A DNA stretch of 64,000 bases, taken from the NCBI GenBank assembly GCA_048013815.1, contig CM106585.1:310001-374000 (forward strand). The letters are read 5' to 3'. Numbering within the stretch: position 1 is the first letter of the stretch; each line of letters opens with the position of its first letter. The position numbers and the translations under genes were made by a program. The notes beneath the pieces were generated by a model, which saw only the letters and a list, made by a program, of their open reading frames with translations, did no database searches and had not been told where the DNA came from. Shown one piece after another: positions 12,129 through 28,864 of this stretch. Origin of the DNA: Setoptus koraiensis. Taxonomy: Eukaryota; Animalia; Arthropoda.

Positions 12129-13187
12129 TTATTGATTGCTCTTGATATTATCTTTGAACAACTTATACCTATCGACGGCAGTTTTCAACGCCTTCTTTCG
12201 TCTCACAACAGGATGGTCGCTGAATGTCACCTCCGATAACAAGGCACCAATAAAACAATTATTCTTTGCAAGTTTACTCAATTTGAAATAACCGTATTCG
12301 CCCCAATAGAAGCCGTGCGAATTCTTGAATATCCAATATGGTGTCCCATCCTCTATACCGTGACCCACCAAAAGCATGGCATGTCCTCTGTTAGGGTCGC
12401 AATTGTGGCCAGTGTGAATTTGACCACCATAATTCTGGAAATCTGATGGCACTAACACACCGGCTATCATTGGTCCAACATCATTCAATACTGTGTGCCA
12501 TTTGCTTCTGTCAACTAAATTCCACTTTTTCATGGTTGGCTTTGCATATCCTATCTCAAACAATTTATCTCCCTTTTTAAAGGGACATGTGCCAGCCTCA
12601 GCCGTATAGGGATAGTTCTCTCGTAATTACACACCATAATTCGACATAAAATCACCTAGATCCTCTAGGTAGCCACCGTCACATTGCTTTAGTTTGCTGT
12701 GGACACCACAATCAACCATGAATTGTTCGCTAAATGACATCAATACACCTGTGTCTTTACAGTGAGCCCATTCTAGATAGGCAATAGTAGCGAATGCGTA
12801 ACAGCTACCGCATTGATATTGCCTTCTGGGCATACTTAAACATCCTGATGTCCGCCAATCTGTGTAACGGTCAACTTTTGTATAATCCGTCGACACATAA
12901 TCTGTGATCATCTTGGGCACTCTGCTTAGGAAATTATACAATGATGGAGGGAGTATGTCTATTTTATCATCTTGATCATCAACGACCTCATGGTCATCAT
13001 TGGCCTTATTGAATATCAGATTGGACAAGCGGGCCCATTGATATTGAAAAGGGTTGTTTGGTTTGTTTGCTGCTCTGTTTGTGAAACAGATTTTTGTTAT
13101 AAATCGGAAGTATATGGGATACTCATGAGCCAATCGTGAGCCAATCCCTCGCGGTGCTTTCGAACTCGATAAAATGTGAATTCTCAT
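12129..13187 (-). pseudogene. Papain-family (C1A) cathepsin-like cysteine protease with an in-frame stop
   Basis: QCGSCYAF, GHAMLLVGHG, KNSHG catalytic motifs; the two ORFs are in one frame, separated by TAA at 12627-12629 (NYGV*LRENYPY). Confidence 0.85.
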
Positions 13188-13495
13188 TTGTGAATAATCT
13201 CAACCTATTCTACGGATTTCCTCAGATATTTGAGTAACTTCTGATACTGAAGAGTATTCAATGTATTAATAGCAACAGCTATCCACACATTCAATACCGT
13301 TAACTATTTATAAGTTGGCCGAGAGTCACAGTTGATTTACAGACACATCAGAGTGTGTGCCATCTATTTTCTAAATTTTGCTTAACACAAGTCGACATTC
13401 ACGCTACTACATAACTTTAAATTTGAATATATCAAACTCAATATCCGAAACTGAACAGCTCGAGTTCTACCCATAGATAATAGTTGAGAAACAAA

Positions 13496-14968
13496 ATGAA
13501 GATAAAGTTTTCAGCCGCTGTTTCGTTGCTAGCAGTAGTATTAGTATCATCGTCGAATGGTCTGGCCGTTGATAAGCCCAATGAATGTAAATTGGAAATT
13601 GTCGAAACTGTTCCTAAGGGAATGGTCGCACATGAAGCTGGCAATCCCGTGACTGAGGAACCTTTCGAAGCACGAATCATAGACACAACAGAAGTTTACC
13701 TACGGCTCATTGCAAGTTCCAGAAGAAGTATAAAGATATCAAGTTTCTATTGGAGTCTAACAGAGAATGATGAGATCGTGGAACTTAACAAACATTATAC
13801 TGACCCCGATTGCAGTCAACAGACAGGACGGAGAGTATTGGATAGCCTCAAGTTGGCTGTAAGAGAGCGCAATGTCAACATTGCAATTGTTACTGATGGC
13901 TCTTTAGAAAGATCTGCTAGCTTCCGTAATGATTTGACTGAACTAGAAGGTTTTGCTACAGTGCATTATGTCGATATGGCTCGGATGTTTAACCAGGGCA
14001 TATTGCACACAAAATTCATATTGGTAGATGATGAACAATTCTATCTCGGTTCGGCAAACATGGATTGGCGTTCCTTGACTCAGGTGAAAGAGCTAGGTTT
14101 TTACATTCATGAGTGTCCAAGCTTGGCTTCTGATCTGGGTAGAATATTTGAGGGTTACAAGCGTCTTGCAACAAGTGTCAACAATTTGGGTGCTTCACCT
14201 ACAACGAATCTCATTCAAAAAGAGCAAAGAAATGAATTGAGAGCATCAGTATGTGAGATTTCATCCTCCAAAAACAGTCAATTCCAACCGCTCACAATTG
14301 AATTGAACAATCAATTGGCCAAGGTGCATTTGGCGGCTGGACCGGGAAATTTAGCGGGCACAAACCGTTCTGTGGATATCAACTCAATTCTTTCAAGCAT
14401 AATGAAGGCGAAAAAATTTGTTTATCTAACAGCAATGGAATTCTCTGAAATTAGTAGATTCTCATATCCAAAATATCAAGAGTGGCCAATATTGTTTGAA
14501 GCGTTGGAGGGGGCTAAAAGGCGTGGCGTCGATATCAAAATATTAACAGACAAGCACAAAATGACCGGTAAGCTAGTGACTAAGTTTAATAAAGTGGGCA
14601 TAGATTATCGCGGATTTGTAGTACCAAAATACAATAATTACCAAAAGAAACTACCATACTCTCGATTGTATCACAGCAAATACATTGTCACTGATCAAAC
14701 TGTCATTGTGACCACTCAGAATATGTCACCCGATTATTTCAAGGCCACTCTCGGTGTCAGTCTGGTGATAAATGACGATGTTGAATTGGTTAGACAGATG
14801 AAACATTTGTTTGAGAGAGATTACAGTAGTTCTTTTGCATCAGTCTATGTCCCGAGACCTCCAAGAAAGATAAAACCTGCTCAGTTGGCCAATGCAGATG
14901 CAAACAATGAAGCCGTTGATTCCTCAACCAACGTGATTGAGATACCCGAGATAATCAACCAAGAATGA
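13496..14968 (+). CDS. PLD3: Phospholipase D3/D4-like protein, single exon
   Basis: HKD motifs HTKFILVD...GSANMDWRSLTQVKELG and HSKYIVTD; hydrophobic N-terminus. Confidence 0.9.
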   Translation: MKIKFSAAVSLLAVVLVSSSNGLAVDKPNECKLEIVETVPKGMVAHEAGNPVTEEPFEARIIDTTEVYLRLIASSRRSIKISSFYWSLTENDEIVELNKHYTDPDCSQQTGRRVLDSLKLAVRERNVNIAIVTDGSLERSASFRNDLTELEGFATVHYVDMARMFNQGILHTKFILVDDEQFYLGSANMDWRSLTQVKELGFYIHECPSLASDLGRIFEGYKRLATSVNNLGASPTTNLIQKEQRNELRASVCEISSSKNSQFQPLTIELNNQLAKVHLAAGPGNLAGTNRSVDINSILSSIMKAKKFVYLTAMEFSEISRFSYPKYQEWPILFEALEGAKRRGVDIKILTDKHKMTGKLVTKFNKVGIDYRGFVVPKYNNYQKKLPYSRLYHSKYIVTDQTVIVTTQNMSPDYFKATLGVSLVINDDVELVRQMKHLFERDYSSSFASVYVPRPPRKIKPAQLANADANNEAVDSSTNVIEIPEIINQE

Positions 14969-15319
14969 CACTGAATTTTCTTGACTGTTCTTTCAGTGTT
15001 TAGTGGGCCGACAATCTCACAATTAAATACAATACAATGAAAGATGCTCGCATTGCAATCTTTAGAACTAATGATAATCGTTGTTCTATGATCACTAGAA
15101 TAAATATGGATAGCTAACCTGTGTAACTAGTTTAGTATAGTCTAAATGTCTTATCATTATTGCCAAGATAAATATTTTCCCGCCACTTTTTTTAAAATTC
15201 CAAGTCTGTCCAGTGCTTGACCAATCGCTAACTATGCGCAGTATAGTTGCTACCAAGGTTGACACCTGCAGTTTGACACATGTTTGTTTTTATTCAATGC
15301 ACTGCACGACATATGATTT

Positions 15320-17080
15320 ATGCGGACACAAGTGATCTTGGCGATTCAAATGGAAGAATCACGAATAGAATCACCAATAATGGATCAGGCACAGGGTCTT
15401 CTGCCCCAATCGCAACCTCTGCCCTCTCTGACACATGAACCGACGCCGCCGCCGCCTCCACCACCACCACCGCCGCCGCCTCTTTATATGATGGGTAACA
15501 TACCAGGTCTACCACCACCTCCTCCACCACCACCACCTCCTCCGCCGCCGCCTCCGCCTCCTCTTCCCTATCATTTGATGGGCCAAGCTCAAGGTTTTCT
15601 GTCGCCACCACCACCGCCACCCTCAGGTGCACCAAGTAGCAGCAACCTGGTATCTCAGCCTCTACCACCACCACCGTTGCCCGGTCCTCCATCTAATGGA
15701 TGGAGCTTTGTTTATAGTCAAGCTAGGAAACCAGCTATTACGCCCAAAACTTCAATGCGACCTCTTTTTTGGAATAGAATACAAGTGCCAGTGAAGCCAC
15801 CAGAAGAGAATGCCACTCATCTATGGGAAAAACTAGAGGAGATTAAATTGAAAGAAGACACACTAGAAGAGTTTAGTCAATTATTTAAACGTAGTGTTGT
15901 CACTAATCGCCTGAAAAAGACAACAGGTAGCTCGCACAAGTCAAAGAAAACTAAAGAGACAGTTTGTTTACTCGATCCCAAGAGAGCCCATACCGTCAAT
16001 ATACTCATAACTAGTAGACATTTGGACATATCAGATGTCAGAAATACTGTATATAATTTGGATATGTCTGTGATAGACTTTGAGACACTCAAGCAAATAC
16101 ACGAAATTGCCGGTACTCAAGAAGAAATCCAAACCATTGAATCTTACATGACATCCAGCAATGAAAATGCCACTATCAATGAGGGCATCGAACTCGGTAA
16201 AGCTGAACAATTTATTTATGATTTATCCAAGATAGATTCTTTCAGTGAACGATTTGAGTGTATCATGTTTGAGGTCAGCTCAAATGAGCAGATACAAGCC
16301 ATTGAATCGAAGCTGAACAACTTTAGGCACATGTGTGAGATATTATCCACATCGACATCGTTACAACAAATATTGTCTATTATACTAGCATTAGGTAATT
16401 ACATGAATGGTGGCAATAGAGATCGTGGGCAAGCAGATGGTTTTGGCCTGGAGATTTTACCAAAGTTGAAGGATGTCAAGAGTGCAACAAGCACTTCCGT
16501 GACTTTGCTTCATTATATTGTGCAGATATTCATCAAAAACCACGTACCTGCGGGAATAATGTCATTCAGCGAGGTGAAGATGCCTCTCCCTGAAATATCA
16601 GGATTAGAGCAAGCTTCTTTAGTTATGTTTGATGATTTGGAACAAGATCTGAAATGTTTGGAGAAACAGATTATACAGTGCGAAAACTGTTGTGGAAATG
16701 TTAACGGTGAACATAAAGAGCCATTTAAATCGCACATGGCAAAGGTATTCTCCAAGATAAAGCGAGAATATGAAAACCAAAGAGAGAATCTCAGTGATTG
16801 TGTGAGTATATTTGATACCACCTGTAAATATTTTAGCTGGAAGCCGAAAATGTCTGAGCAGCCTACTAAGGAATTTTTCAATTGTTGGATACCGTTCTGT
16901 CGCGATTTTCATATCATTTTCAAGAACGAAATTTTAAGAAGAATCAAAAGCGAACTTGAGGCCAAAGTAAATGCAGATAGAAAGGCACGTACCAAAGAAG
17001 TCAAAAAAACTAAGGCCACACCATCTGGATTGAAAGCTCGACTCACCAAAAAAGGCCTCTTGAACAATTTTCTCAAGTAA
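15320..17080 (+). CDS. capu: Formin, FMN/cappuccino subfamily (FH1+FH2), single exon
   Basis: Poly-Pro FH1; FH2 GNYMNGGNRDRGQADGFGLEILPKLKDVKS; basic C-tail. Confidence 0.88.
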   Translation: MRTQVILAIQMEESRIESPIMDQAQGLLPQSQPLPSLTHEPTPPPPPPPPPPPPLYMMGNIPGLPPPPPPPPPPPPPPPPPLPYHLMGQAQGFLSPPPPPPSGAPSSSNLVSQPLPPPPLPGPPSNGWSFVYSQARKPAITPKTSMRPLFWNRIQVPVKPPEENATHLWEKLEEIKLKEDTLEEFSQLFKRSVVTNRLKKTTGSSHKSKKTKETVCLLDPKRAHTVNILITSRHLDISDVRNTVYNLDMSVIDFETLKQIHEIAGTQEEIQTIESYMTSSNENATINEGIELGKAEQFIYDLSKIDSFSERFECIMFEVSSNEQIQAIESKLNNFRHMCEILSTSTSLQQILSIILALGNYMNGGNRDRGQADGFGLEILPKLKDVKSATSTSVTLLHYIVQIFIKNHVPAGIMSFSEVKMPLPEISGLEQASLVMFDDLEQDLKCLEKQIIQCENCCGNVNGEHKEPFKSHMAKVFSKIKREYENQRENLSDCVSIFDTTCKYFSWKPKMSEQPTKEFFNCWIPFCRDFHIIFKNEILRRIKSELEAKVNADRKARTKEVKKTKATPSGLKARLTKKGLLNNFLK

Positions 17081-17213
17081 ATGGTGAACATAATATCATT
17101 CCATATTTATGTTTACATAAGTAATTATTTATATTGTAAAAAAAATCACATTAAAGAAGTATATTCATATATTTGTTACTATTTATAGTTCATGTGTTCA
17201 ATTGATTTACAAA

Positions 17214-20580
<3,367 letters not shown>

Positions 20581-21034
20581 TTATAAATAAATATTTCCAC
20601 TTATGGCAGCAATAGAAGTGTTAGCGTCGGCAGCAGCAACAGCAATATTTGAGAGTGAATAATAATAATGACGATGCAAAATTTAGGTGCGATTCTGATA
20701 GGCTTTCAATTCATATAATACAATGTAATAAATAAATGATATGGGGGATTCGAGATAAATATGGACAATTGCGTAACTGGACGATGGTTTAGTATTGGCA
20801 GGCCACTGTAAATGCGAGAGCCAACCTTTCTTCTTGTTCTTCTCTTCTTCCAATCAATAATATATTATATAATCAAGATTTATCAAGATTTTTGTTGTTG
20901 CTGTTGCAACAATACCTATTCTATGGATAATAAGGTTGTGTGTCAGGTCAGCCTATTAGCCGATAGCAATTCAACCGATAAACCGATGAATGTTGTCCTT
21001 GTTGACTCTCGATTGTCTATATTATTCGACTGAG

Positions 21035-21036
<2 letters not shown>

Positions 21037-21072
<36 letters not shown>

Positions 21073-21122
21073 TCTATGTGCATGTGCATATATACGAGTG
21101 TGTGTGTGTGTGTGTGTGTGTT
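21037..21122 (+). repeat. (TG)n microsatellites
   Basis: Direct reading. Confidence 0.95.
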
Positions 21123-24100
21123 TGTTTGGCTAATATCATGAGAAAGATGATGATAATACAATACAATATAGTAAGATGGTGACGACGGCGACGACCAGGC
21201 TGGCGAAAACGACTATAACACAAAAAGAGCGCAGGACATCACGCCCATAATTCAGATTATCGCACTGCCTCTACTTCTTTTGGAGTGTTGTAAATAACTG
21301 AGCTAACTGTATTATTACACTTCTTCTTTCACTTGACTGATGGGTGTCGTTAGGTGTCTGTTTGCGGAATATTTATGGCGATAGTATATGAATTAGTAAA
21401 AACATAAATGTGTAGACTGTATCAATATTAAATAATGATGCAATAATAATAGAATGTAGCTGATGCCGAATCATGAGCCCACCACCAGAATAAATAGAAA
21501 TAGTCAGATCGAGTGGAGAACAGTTTCAAGTTGTGCATTCCGATAGAATTGTGTGTAATAATTGCTTAGATCCTATTTGGCCTTGAAGAAGCGCGAATTT
21601 TAAACAGAATTGATTTTTTTCTTATTACTCTTTCGGATATTTTTACTGCATTTTTATTGAATATAATTGCAGTTGAGCGCTATTGATTTGTTGAATGTTC
21701 AATAAATAGAACAGCTCTAGCAGTGTAGCCAAAGGCAGCAGTATAGTCGACGACAATGACAATCAACAAGCAGTTGTAAATCACAAGTATTGAAAGTGAA
21801 CATTGCAGTTTCGTCATGAGAAAGATAAGTTGAACTAGCGTCAGAGTTACCCCGTTTCAAAGTGTTTCCTTTAAGAGAATGAATCACAATTCTCCGTTTA
21901 TATTGGATACACACACCTAATTCTATACGGAGTGGAATGATCAGGTCGCTCTACATTAAAAAGCTTCGTGTGTTGCTCACAGGCACAGAGCGTTAGGTTT
22001 AATCGCGTGTGCTTTAAGTGGTACGTCTGCTACATATATTTTATGGAGCACATTGCGCACTAAGCTAGCACACCAAGATGGTGGCTGTGTGTGCTTACGC
22101 ACGATCTGTGCTTGCGTAGCCCTTACTGTGCATTGGGGGAAATACATTGTGTAAGCCAGGATGACATAAACAGTAGCATGAGGGCGAGTTGATTTTTACA
22201 CCCTATAGTTGTACTGTATTGTCACTGTTGCAAGAAATCGAACACACACTGTTTCAATTTGATCGAATATCCAATGTGACTGGTTGTTACCGTGTGCATG
22301 ATGATTGTATAACACACTAACATGAACACTGACGCATTCTTACAGCGACTCACAAACAATAAAATAGGCGGTGTGTGTGTGTGTGTGTGACTATATTAGA
22401 GTCTCTGATTTAGGGGGCATACAGGCATACATATATATAGGCTATCTGATGCAAAACTCTCATCTATCTGTTGTGCTTATGAAACAATACATTTCTCTGG
22501 GCATAAGATGTTCTGTAACGGAACAGTCTCATATCAGCGATATGATAGGCGGCACCAAGCCGCAAGAAATCACAATTTGCTTCAGCCACCAGTATCATGC
22601 ACAGCCAACAGTATTCGACAACTTGTTCGAAACTACACTGTTCCACTCTGTAATCTATTTCCATTGACGATACATCTAGTGCAAGAATGATCCCACAGAG
22701 GCGCTAGTAACTTTTTAAATTGGACACTTTTGCACAGTGAGTATTTTTCAATGGATGTTTCTCTAATCAACTTTTGACTCAAAAGTTTTCAGTCTGCACA
22801 GCCAGGTGAGCGCTTGCAATAGTTGCGATGATGAATTCTTACGCAATGAGTCAACTCTGCTTGTTCTTTATCACGCAGATAATCAACTAACGCCTCTTAG
22901 CATTTGCTCACGCAGCGTATGAGTCACACTGCATTGTGAGAGGTGCATTGAATGGAGCCGCTCTTGCTGGATTTTTCTCACACCCCATGTATCAGCTTGG
23001 AAAGATGACCACACACATTATGTGGTAATTATGTGTGATTCACATAATCTACCACAACCAGCGAACGATTTGAAACGAGTCTAAAAGTGCCTTGTGGAAG
23101 CCAGCTAAAATAGATAGCTAACAAACCTTCTAAGTGCCTTTGGCAGTTCTGTCATAGCACGTAACCATTCTCAATGGGAGATGACTTCTAGATAGGGCGC
23201 TCATGATGATACATCTCAAACATTAACACAACTCACCTTGTTAGTGAATGAACCGCTACACTAGCGCTTCTCTCTCCCTCCACATATTGAGAGAAATCAG
23301 AATCAATGTAACTGCCCAAAATCGCCCTCATCATCGGGGTATTTGCAGAAGGCATCTATGAAGCCATATGTGCGCACTATTAAGAACAAATATACATGAG
23401 CTAGGGATTTAATAAGAGTGCTCCCATCCATAGTTGATTGGTCCGGTCAAACCGATTTTATTCATAAGTGATTGCGTGCGTAACCCATCGCATTAGCACA
23501 ATCACGTCGAATGTACTAATTTCTGAAAACGAGATAAAAAATTGCAAAACAAGTGCGCCAGTGTGATCGATATCAGATGGGGCTTCACTCAAGTTTTTGT
23601 GCAAGAAAAATCTTAATTCCACTAACATCCTAATAAAATGGAGCTCGGACAGAGGCACTTTTGCTCAGCTTCTAGATTTAAGATAAGCGAGATCCTCATT
23701 CACGTCGAGTGTCTGGCGAGGTTTCCTTGTTTGTGAGGATAAAATTATTCTCGATGCACACAATTCGCCATAGAAACAAACCTAATTCGATGCCTAACTT
23801 CACAGCACACAAGTGAGCGAGAGTGCACAAAATGCATGTACGGCAGTCGCGGAAGCACAGTAGAAACAATGGGCGACGATCGTTATGCGCAGAGAAACAA
23901 CCTCTCCCATTTCTCTTCTTCATACATCATCATGTATCCGCATATAAAATCGTTAGGATTCTCGCATGTCTCCCTTCTTCTCCCATTTTTGATCTGTGAA
24001 CAAATCAAAATTGGCGCTCACTTCTGCGCACGGGGTAGGTATCAGTTTTGCCCTTTATCCATATATCGTTTATTTTCGTTGATGCACCACTACACATAAT

Positions 24101-24235
24101 AATAATTACGCAACGTTGCGGCCATATCTTTTTACCATATGACTATTCTAAAGAAACTGTTATCACTATCATATCATACTATCGCCTACCATTTTCCAAT
24201 CAGGATATCGGGCGTATCAATTATATTTAATCATC

Positions 24236-26538
24236 ATGTCGGATAGAAGGGAAATTAGACAGGATCTCGAAAGGAAGAAGCTTCGTTTGGCTCAGATTCG
24301 GGAAGAGAAAGAACGCAAACAACGCCTTAGAGATGAAGAGGAACGACTAAACAGAGATCAAGGCACTAGTGGCGTGTCAGTTATGGATCGTGATAGACTG
24401 ACAGAGGAAGCAGACGCCATGTTGGAAAATTTAGGTTTGGGCACCGTTTCTAGATCAATGAATTTGCCATTGTCGTCAGTTTATAACACAAGTCTTATGT
24501 CGAGAGACAATAGTAGTAGCGACCTTCAACATACAACTACTAGCTTACAAAGCACAAGAGTCAGTAACGAACACCAACAATCGAGGAAACCACCTGTCGC
24601 CTTACAAGTTGTTCATGTAAATCAAATAAGTATAGCACCCAAAGAGAGTGTGGTTTATAATAAATCAACTCAAACGGCTGAAACAAATGACCAAACTCCT
24701 AACACCACAGCGCCTCGGAATGATTATTACGGTAAGCAACAGACAACTATGATGATGAGCAACGGTGATGCTGATTCTGATTACTTTACTGACACGAACA
24801 GTTACGAAAAGAGTGCTAGTTGCCAACGCCAAATCTCACAAGAGCCAAAGACAAATAACTTCCCTCAAGTTATAAATGGTATATCGCCAAATAGTCAAAG
24901 TCCTGCTCATATTATCAATTCAAACAATGCCAACGTAGCAGCTCTAGAATGGGACGATGAGTTTCAAGAAGGTATGTTCAAATTATACATGCATGCATAC
25001 TGACTAATTAATGCTTCATTACTCTTTATTGTATCATTTTAATCTGTTAACAAATAGTATTAACCTATGAGGATGAGGAAGATGGTGCCTCTTCCGACTT
25101 TGTATCCAGGCAGAGTAAATCAACCTCAACCAACTCGACGAATCACCAATCTGGCCTGCCTCAAGTAGAAATGGTCAAGCCCGCTCAACCAAATAGTGAA
25201 GAATTAATTAAGGTAGATAAAGAAGAGGAAGAAATCAAAGAAAAGAAAACCAGAGAGTTGACCGAAGAGGAAAGGGGGCAAATTGAAATAAGAGATGATT
25301 ACAAGCAGTTTATTAATCGAGCTACGAAAATACTTGAAAGAGCGCTTTATTCTAACGAAAGTCCGGAGATATTTATTCAATATTTTCCAGATGATGGTAG
25401 AGGAGAAATTGATAGTCAACGAGATGGTAACAAGTTGACACTTAATAGAGTTTTCTTCGATGAGAAATGGTCGAAAAATCGTTGCGTGACTAATTTCGAC
25501 TGGTCAGCGCAGTATTCTGAGTTATTGTTGGCCTCATATTTCAATAATGAAGAAGCGCCCTCAGACCCTGATGGAACAATATTAGTTTGGAATATGAAAT
25601 TCAAAAAATCAACTCCTGAATATGTATTCCATTGTCAATCTCCTATTATGTCTTGCTGTTTTGCCAAATTTCACCCAAGTTTGATTGTTGGAGGCACCTA
25701 TTCAGGCCAGATAGCTCTTTGGGATATGAGAAGCAGTAAGAAAACTCCCGTCCAACGCAGTCCCTTATCGGCGACCGCCCATACTCATCCAGTTTACTGT
25801 ACACAAATTGTTGGTACACAAAATGCACATAATCTGATCAGTATTTCAACAGACGGAAAATTGTGTTCATGGAGCCTAGACATGCTTGCGGCACCTCAAG
25901 AAACTATGGAACTACAACAGCAGAAACATTCTCGGCCGGTTGCTGTGACCTGTATGTCCTTTCACGCAGATGATTATAACAACTTTTTAGTAGGCAGTGA
26001 AGAAGGGGCCGTCTATTCTGCCTGTCGGCACGGCTCAAAAACTGGAGTACTATCAAGCTTTGAGAGTCATCAAGGTCCAGTGACCAGTATAGATTACCAC
26101 CCCAATGGACCACTGGCTGGTTTCTCACATTTATTCCTAACTTCGTCAATCGATTGGACTGTGCAATTATGGTCGAACAAACTACAGAGGCCTATTTATA
26201 AATTTGAGAATAACTGTGATTACCTTTACGATGTCAGATGGTCTCCAACTCACCCAGCACTTTTTGCAACCGTTGATGGGGTCGGAGGAATAGATGTATG
26301 GAATTTGAACAATGACACTGAATTGCCAACTGTTTCCACCATTGTGGATGGACAGCCATCATTGAATAAGTTGGTTTGGACTCCCACCGGAAATCAAGTG
26401 GTCGTTGGCGATGATATTGGACAAATTCACATATACGATGTAGGAGAGCAACTTGCTACACCGAAATCTAGTGATGAGGCAAAACTCTTGCACACACTTA
26501 ATGAGTTAAAACAAAATTCGAGTTGTACGATTGATTAA
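24236..26538 (+). CDS. DYNC1I: Cytoplasmic dynein 1 intermediate chain; exons 24236-24971, 25058-26538
   Basis: N-terminal coiled coil [22 protein letters not shown] light-chain motif, C-terminal WD40 repeats; GT-AG intron keeps frame. Confidence 0.93.
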
Positions 26539-27229
26539 TTGTTTCTAATTGTGACCCTGAGAGTCGTAATAGGATTTCACAACTCCTAAGATTAAAGAAT
26601 TCACAATTTCGCGCAGAACTCAATAGGTAATTTTAAAAAGGTTGCAAGAAAGCTCTATTACTTACTACGACTTTATCAACCATCCCAACTTTAATCTCAG
26701 GAATTTAGGTGTTTAGGAGTTGTATTTTCTAAAAACCGCTCTGTTTTGTTTTGTGGCGTCAAGCGATTGATAGTATAGTAAAATTTATTCAAGAGTAATC
26801 ACGAAGGGACCGAAGCTCTATTACATTATCGTATGTGCCATAGATTTGAGGTGATCAGTCTGTCTATTTGGGATGACCTCAACTCGATATGAACTCACAG
26901 TTGATCCATATTGACATTGTTGGGTGTTCAGCATCGCATGTATGATTGATGTGCCTCGATTGTTTGACGCTTTAATTTACGGGTATAGATTAAAATCGGA
27001 ATGGCTAAGTAAATTATAGCGATATGAACACAATATTTGTTGTTTCTCAAACATCCTTGATGAACTTCCCTCCAGACATCACCACTAAGAATAAATAGAT
27101 TAGATCTTCTTGAACATTTTGCATGATGTATGATGAACAAAAAAGTGCATTCGAAGCTGTTCAACAAGGTGATAATATTAGATAGCTTTTGTTATCATCA
27201 TTGATAGTCGTGTTAGAGTAGACTTGTAA

Positions 27230-27985
27230 TCACTCGGCAACCTCACTATCAATGTCTGAGCTGGTTTCGCTTGTTGGTGCAGCCTCCTCCACATTAGGCT
27301 CAGATGTTTGTTGTTTGCCTTCGGTTGGATTATCTATTGGCACAATCAATGAGTCTTTGGACATTAGATTGTACATGGTAACAAATGCCGAGAAGCGTTT
27401 ACAAAGGTGCGTTTCCTTTTCAAATTCATCAAATATCACGTAGTGGTGAAAATAGGCATGAGAAAAAATTCTGTATACTCGCCTGCAAATTGATCCTAAT
27501 TTTGCCACGGAACTCTCTTTGATTGTAACTCTCGATGGAAAATAACGACTACTATTGAGCAAGCAAGCTGCACCGTCTAGGGTATGTCGAGTATAATCAA
27601 TTGCAGGACATTCGTTGGGTTGCTTGTGGGCCGCACATAGAAAAATCCATTGTTCCGTGGCTGTCATTTGTGTACAGACATCTGGGAAGCAGCAAGCTTG
27701 CAATTTGACAGCTAATCGATTCAATTGCATACATAATTGTCTGAGATGCTCCGATTTCCAAGCGCCTAAATCTTGACCATCTGGAGGCTTTAGTATCTCC
27801 TCAATGTTAGAGGGATCCTTTCTGACAGTTTGTTGTATGTATTGCTGAACTGCCAGGGTGGATTCCATTTCTTCGAAAGATTGCTCGGGCCAATTGTAAA
27901 AATCTTCAGATTTGCACCCCTTATCATTCCTTCTCAACAGCGTCGTTTGCTGCTGATCGTTTGTATCTATATTCTCATTGATCAT
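27230..27985 (-). CDS. MOB4: MOB kinase activator-like 4 (phocein), single exon
   Basis: [55 protein letters not shown]. Confidence 0.95.
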   Translation of the reverse strand: MINENIDTNDQQQTTLLRRNDKGCKSEDFYNWPEQSFEEMESTLAVQQYIQQTVRKDPSNIEEILKPPDGQDLGAWKSEHLRQLCMQLNRLAVKLQACCFPDVCTQMTATEQWIFLCAAHKQPNECPAIDYTRHTLDGAACLLNSSRYFPSRVTIKESSVAKLGSICRRVYRIFSHAYFHHYVIFDEFEKETHLCKRFSAFVTMYNLMSKDSLIVPIDNPTEGKQQTSEPNVEEAAPTSETSSDIDSEVAE

Positions 27986-28864
27986 TGTGATGATGGTAAT
28001 GTTATCAATAATAATAACAATGTTAATACTTGCAGTAATAAGTATGACAATAATTGTGATTATGATAGAAGCATTAATGTTATAGCCAGAGCCTAGTGAG
28101 ATTTGTCGTGAAGATGGGATTGAATTTTGTGTCCAATTTTGAAATATTTATGCTGCTGATATTTCTCGATGTGCAAATGATAGCGCACCTCACGATGATT
28201 ATTTTTACCCGTGTCTCGCTCCCGTCTCGCTCCGGCCACGCCCACTTTTTGAATTTCAGATTTTCTTTTCCTATTCGAGGCCCCGAAATCGCTATTGACA
28301 TAGGATCGGCGGACATTTCGCTATGATATTCTTACACATTGTTTTCTCATATACATTTTTGGTGCAATAAGTCGCCTCTGAACGATTTTGATGACACTCA
28401 AAATGGAGCTCAAACAGTAACCTTCCCCTTCATGAGTCGCCATCCTCGAGGATCTGCGATACTTCGCAGTGGACTTCGAGAATATCAAATTCAACTCGCT
28501 TGTCAGCACCTCCCTCTGATTACGCAACACTAATCTGTTTGCGATTGACAGGTATCAATTGCATTATTTGTAAAGCTACAAAGTGAAAAGAAATTTTTCG
28601 ACGAGTCGACTGCTAAGAAACAATTGTTCGGTTGTATTCGAAACAGGAACCCCAGGTTTCCTTATCGACTTGGTCTAAAAAATCGGCAACAATAATCTAC
28701 GATTACTTTATTTGACAATGTGATGTATTATTTGCAGAACGTCTGTCGCAACCTTTATTGCCAACGATCGATAAGTAATCAAAAGAGAGAAATGCTTGAA
28801 TGTTATCCGGATAATTGAACAAATATTCCTCTATAATTGTGGGATATTTGGATACTAAATGAGG

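Noticed and set aside
20600-24200. Hidden gene in the msn-dynein IC divergent intergenic region
   Set aside because: Only short ORFs with no recognisable motifs on manual translation of the parts examined.
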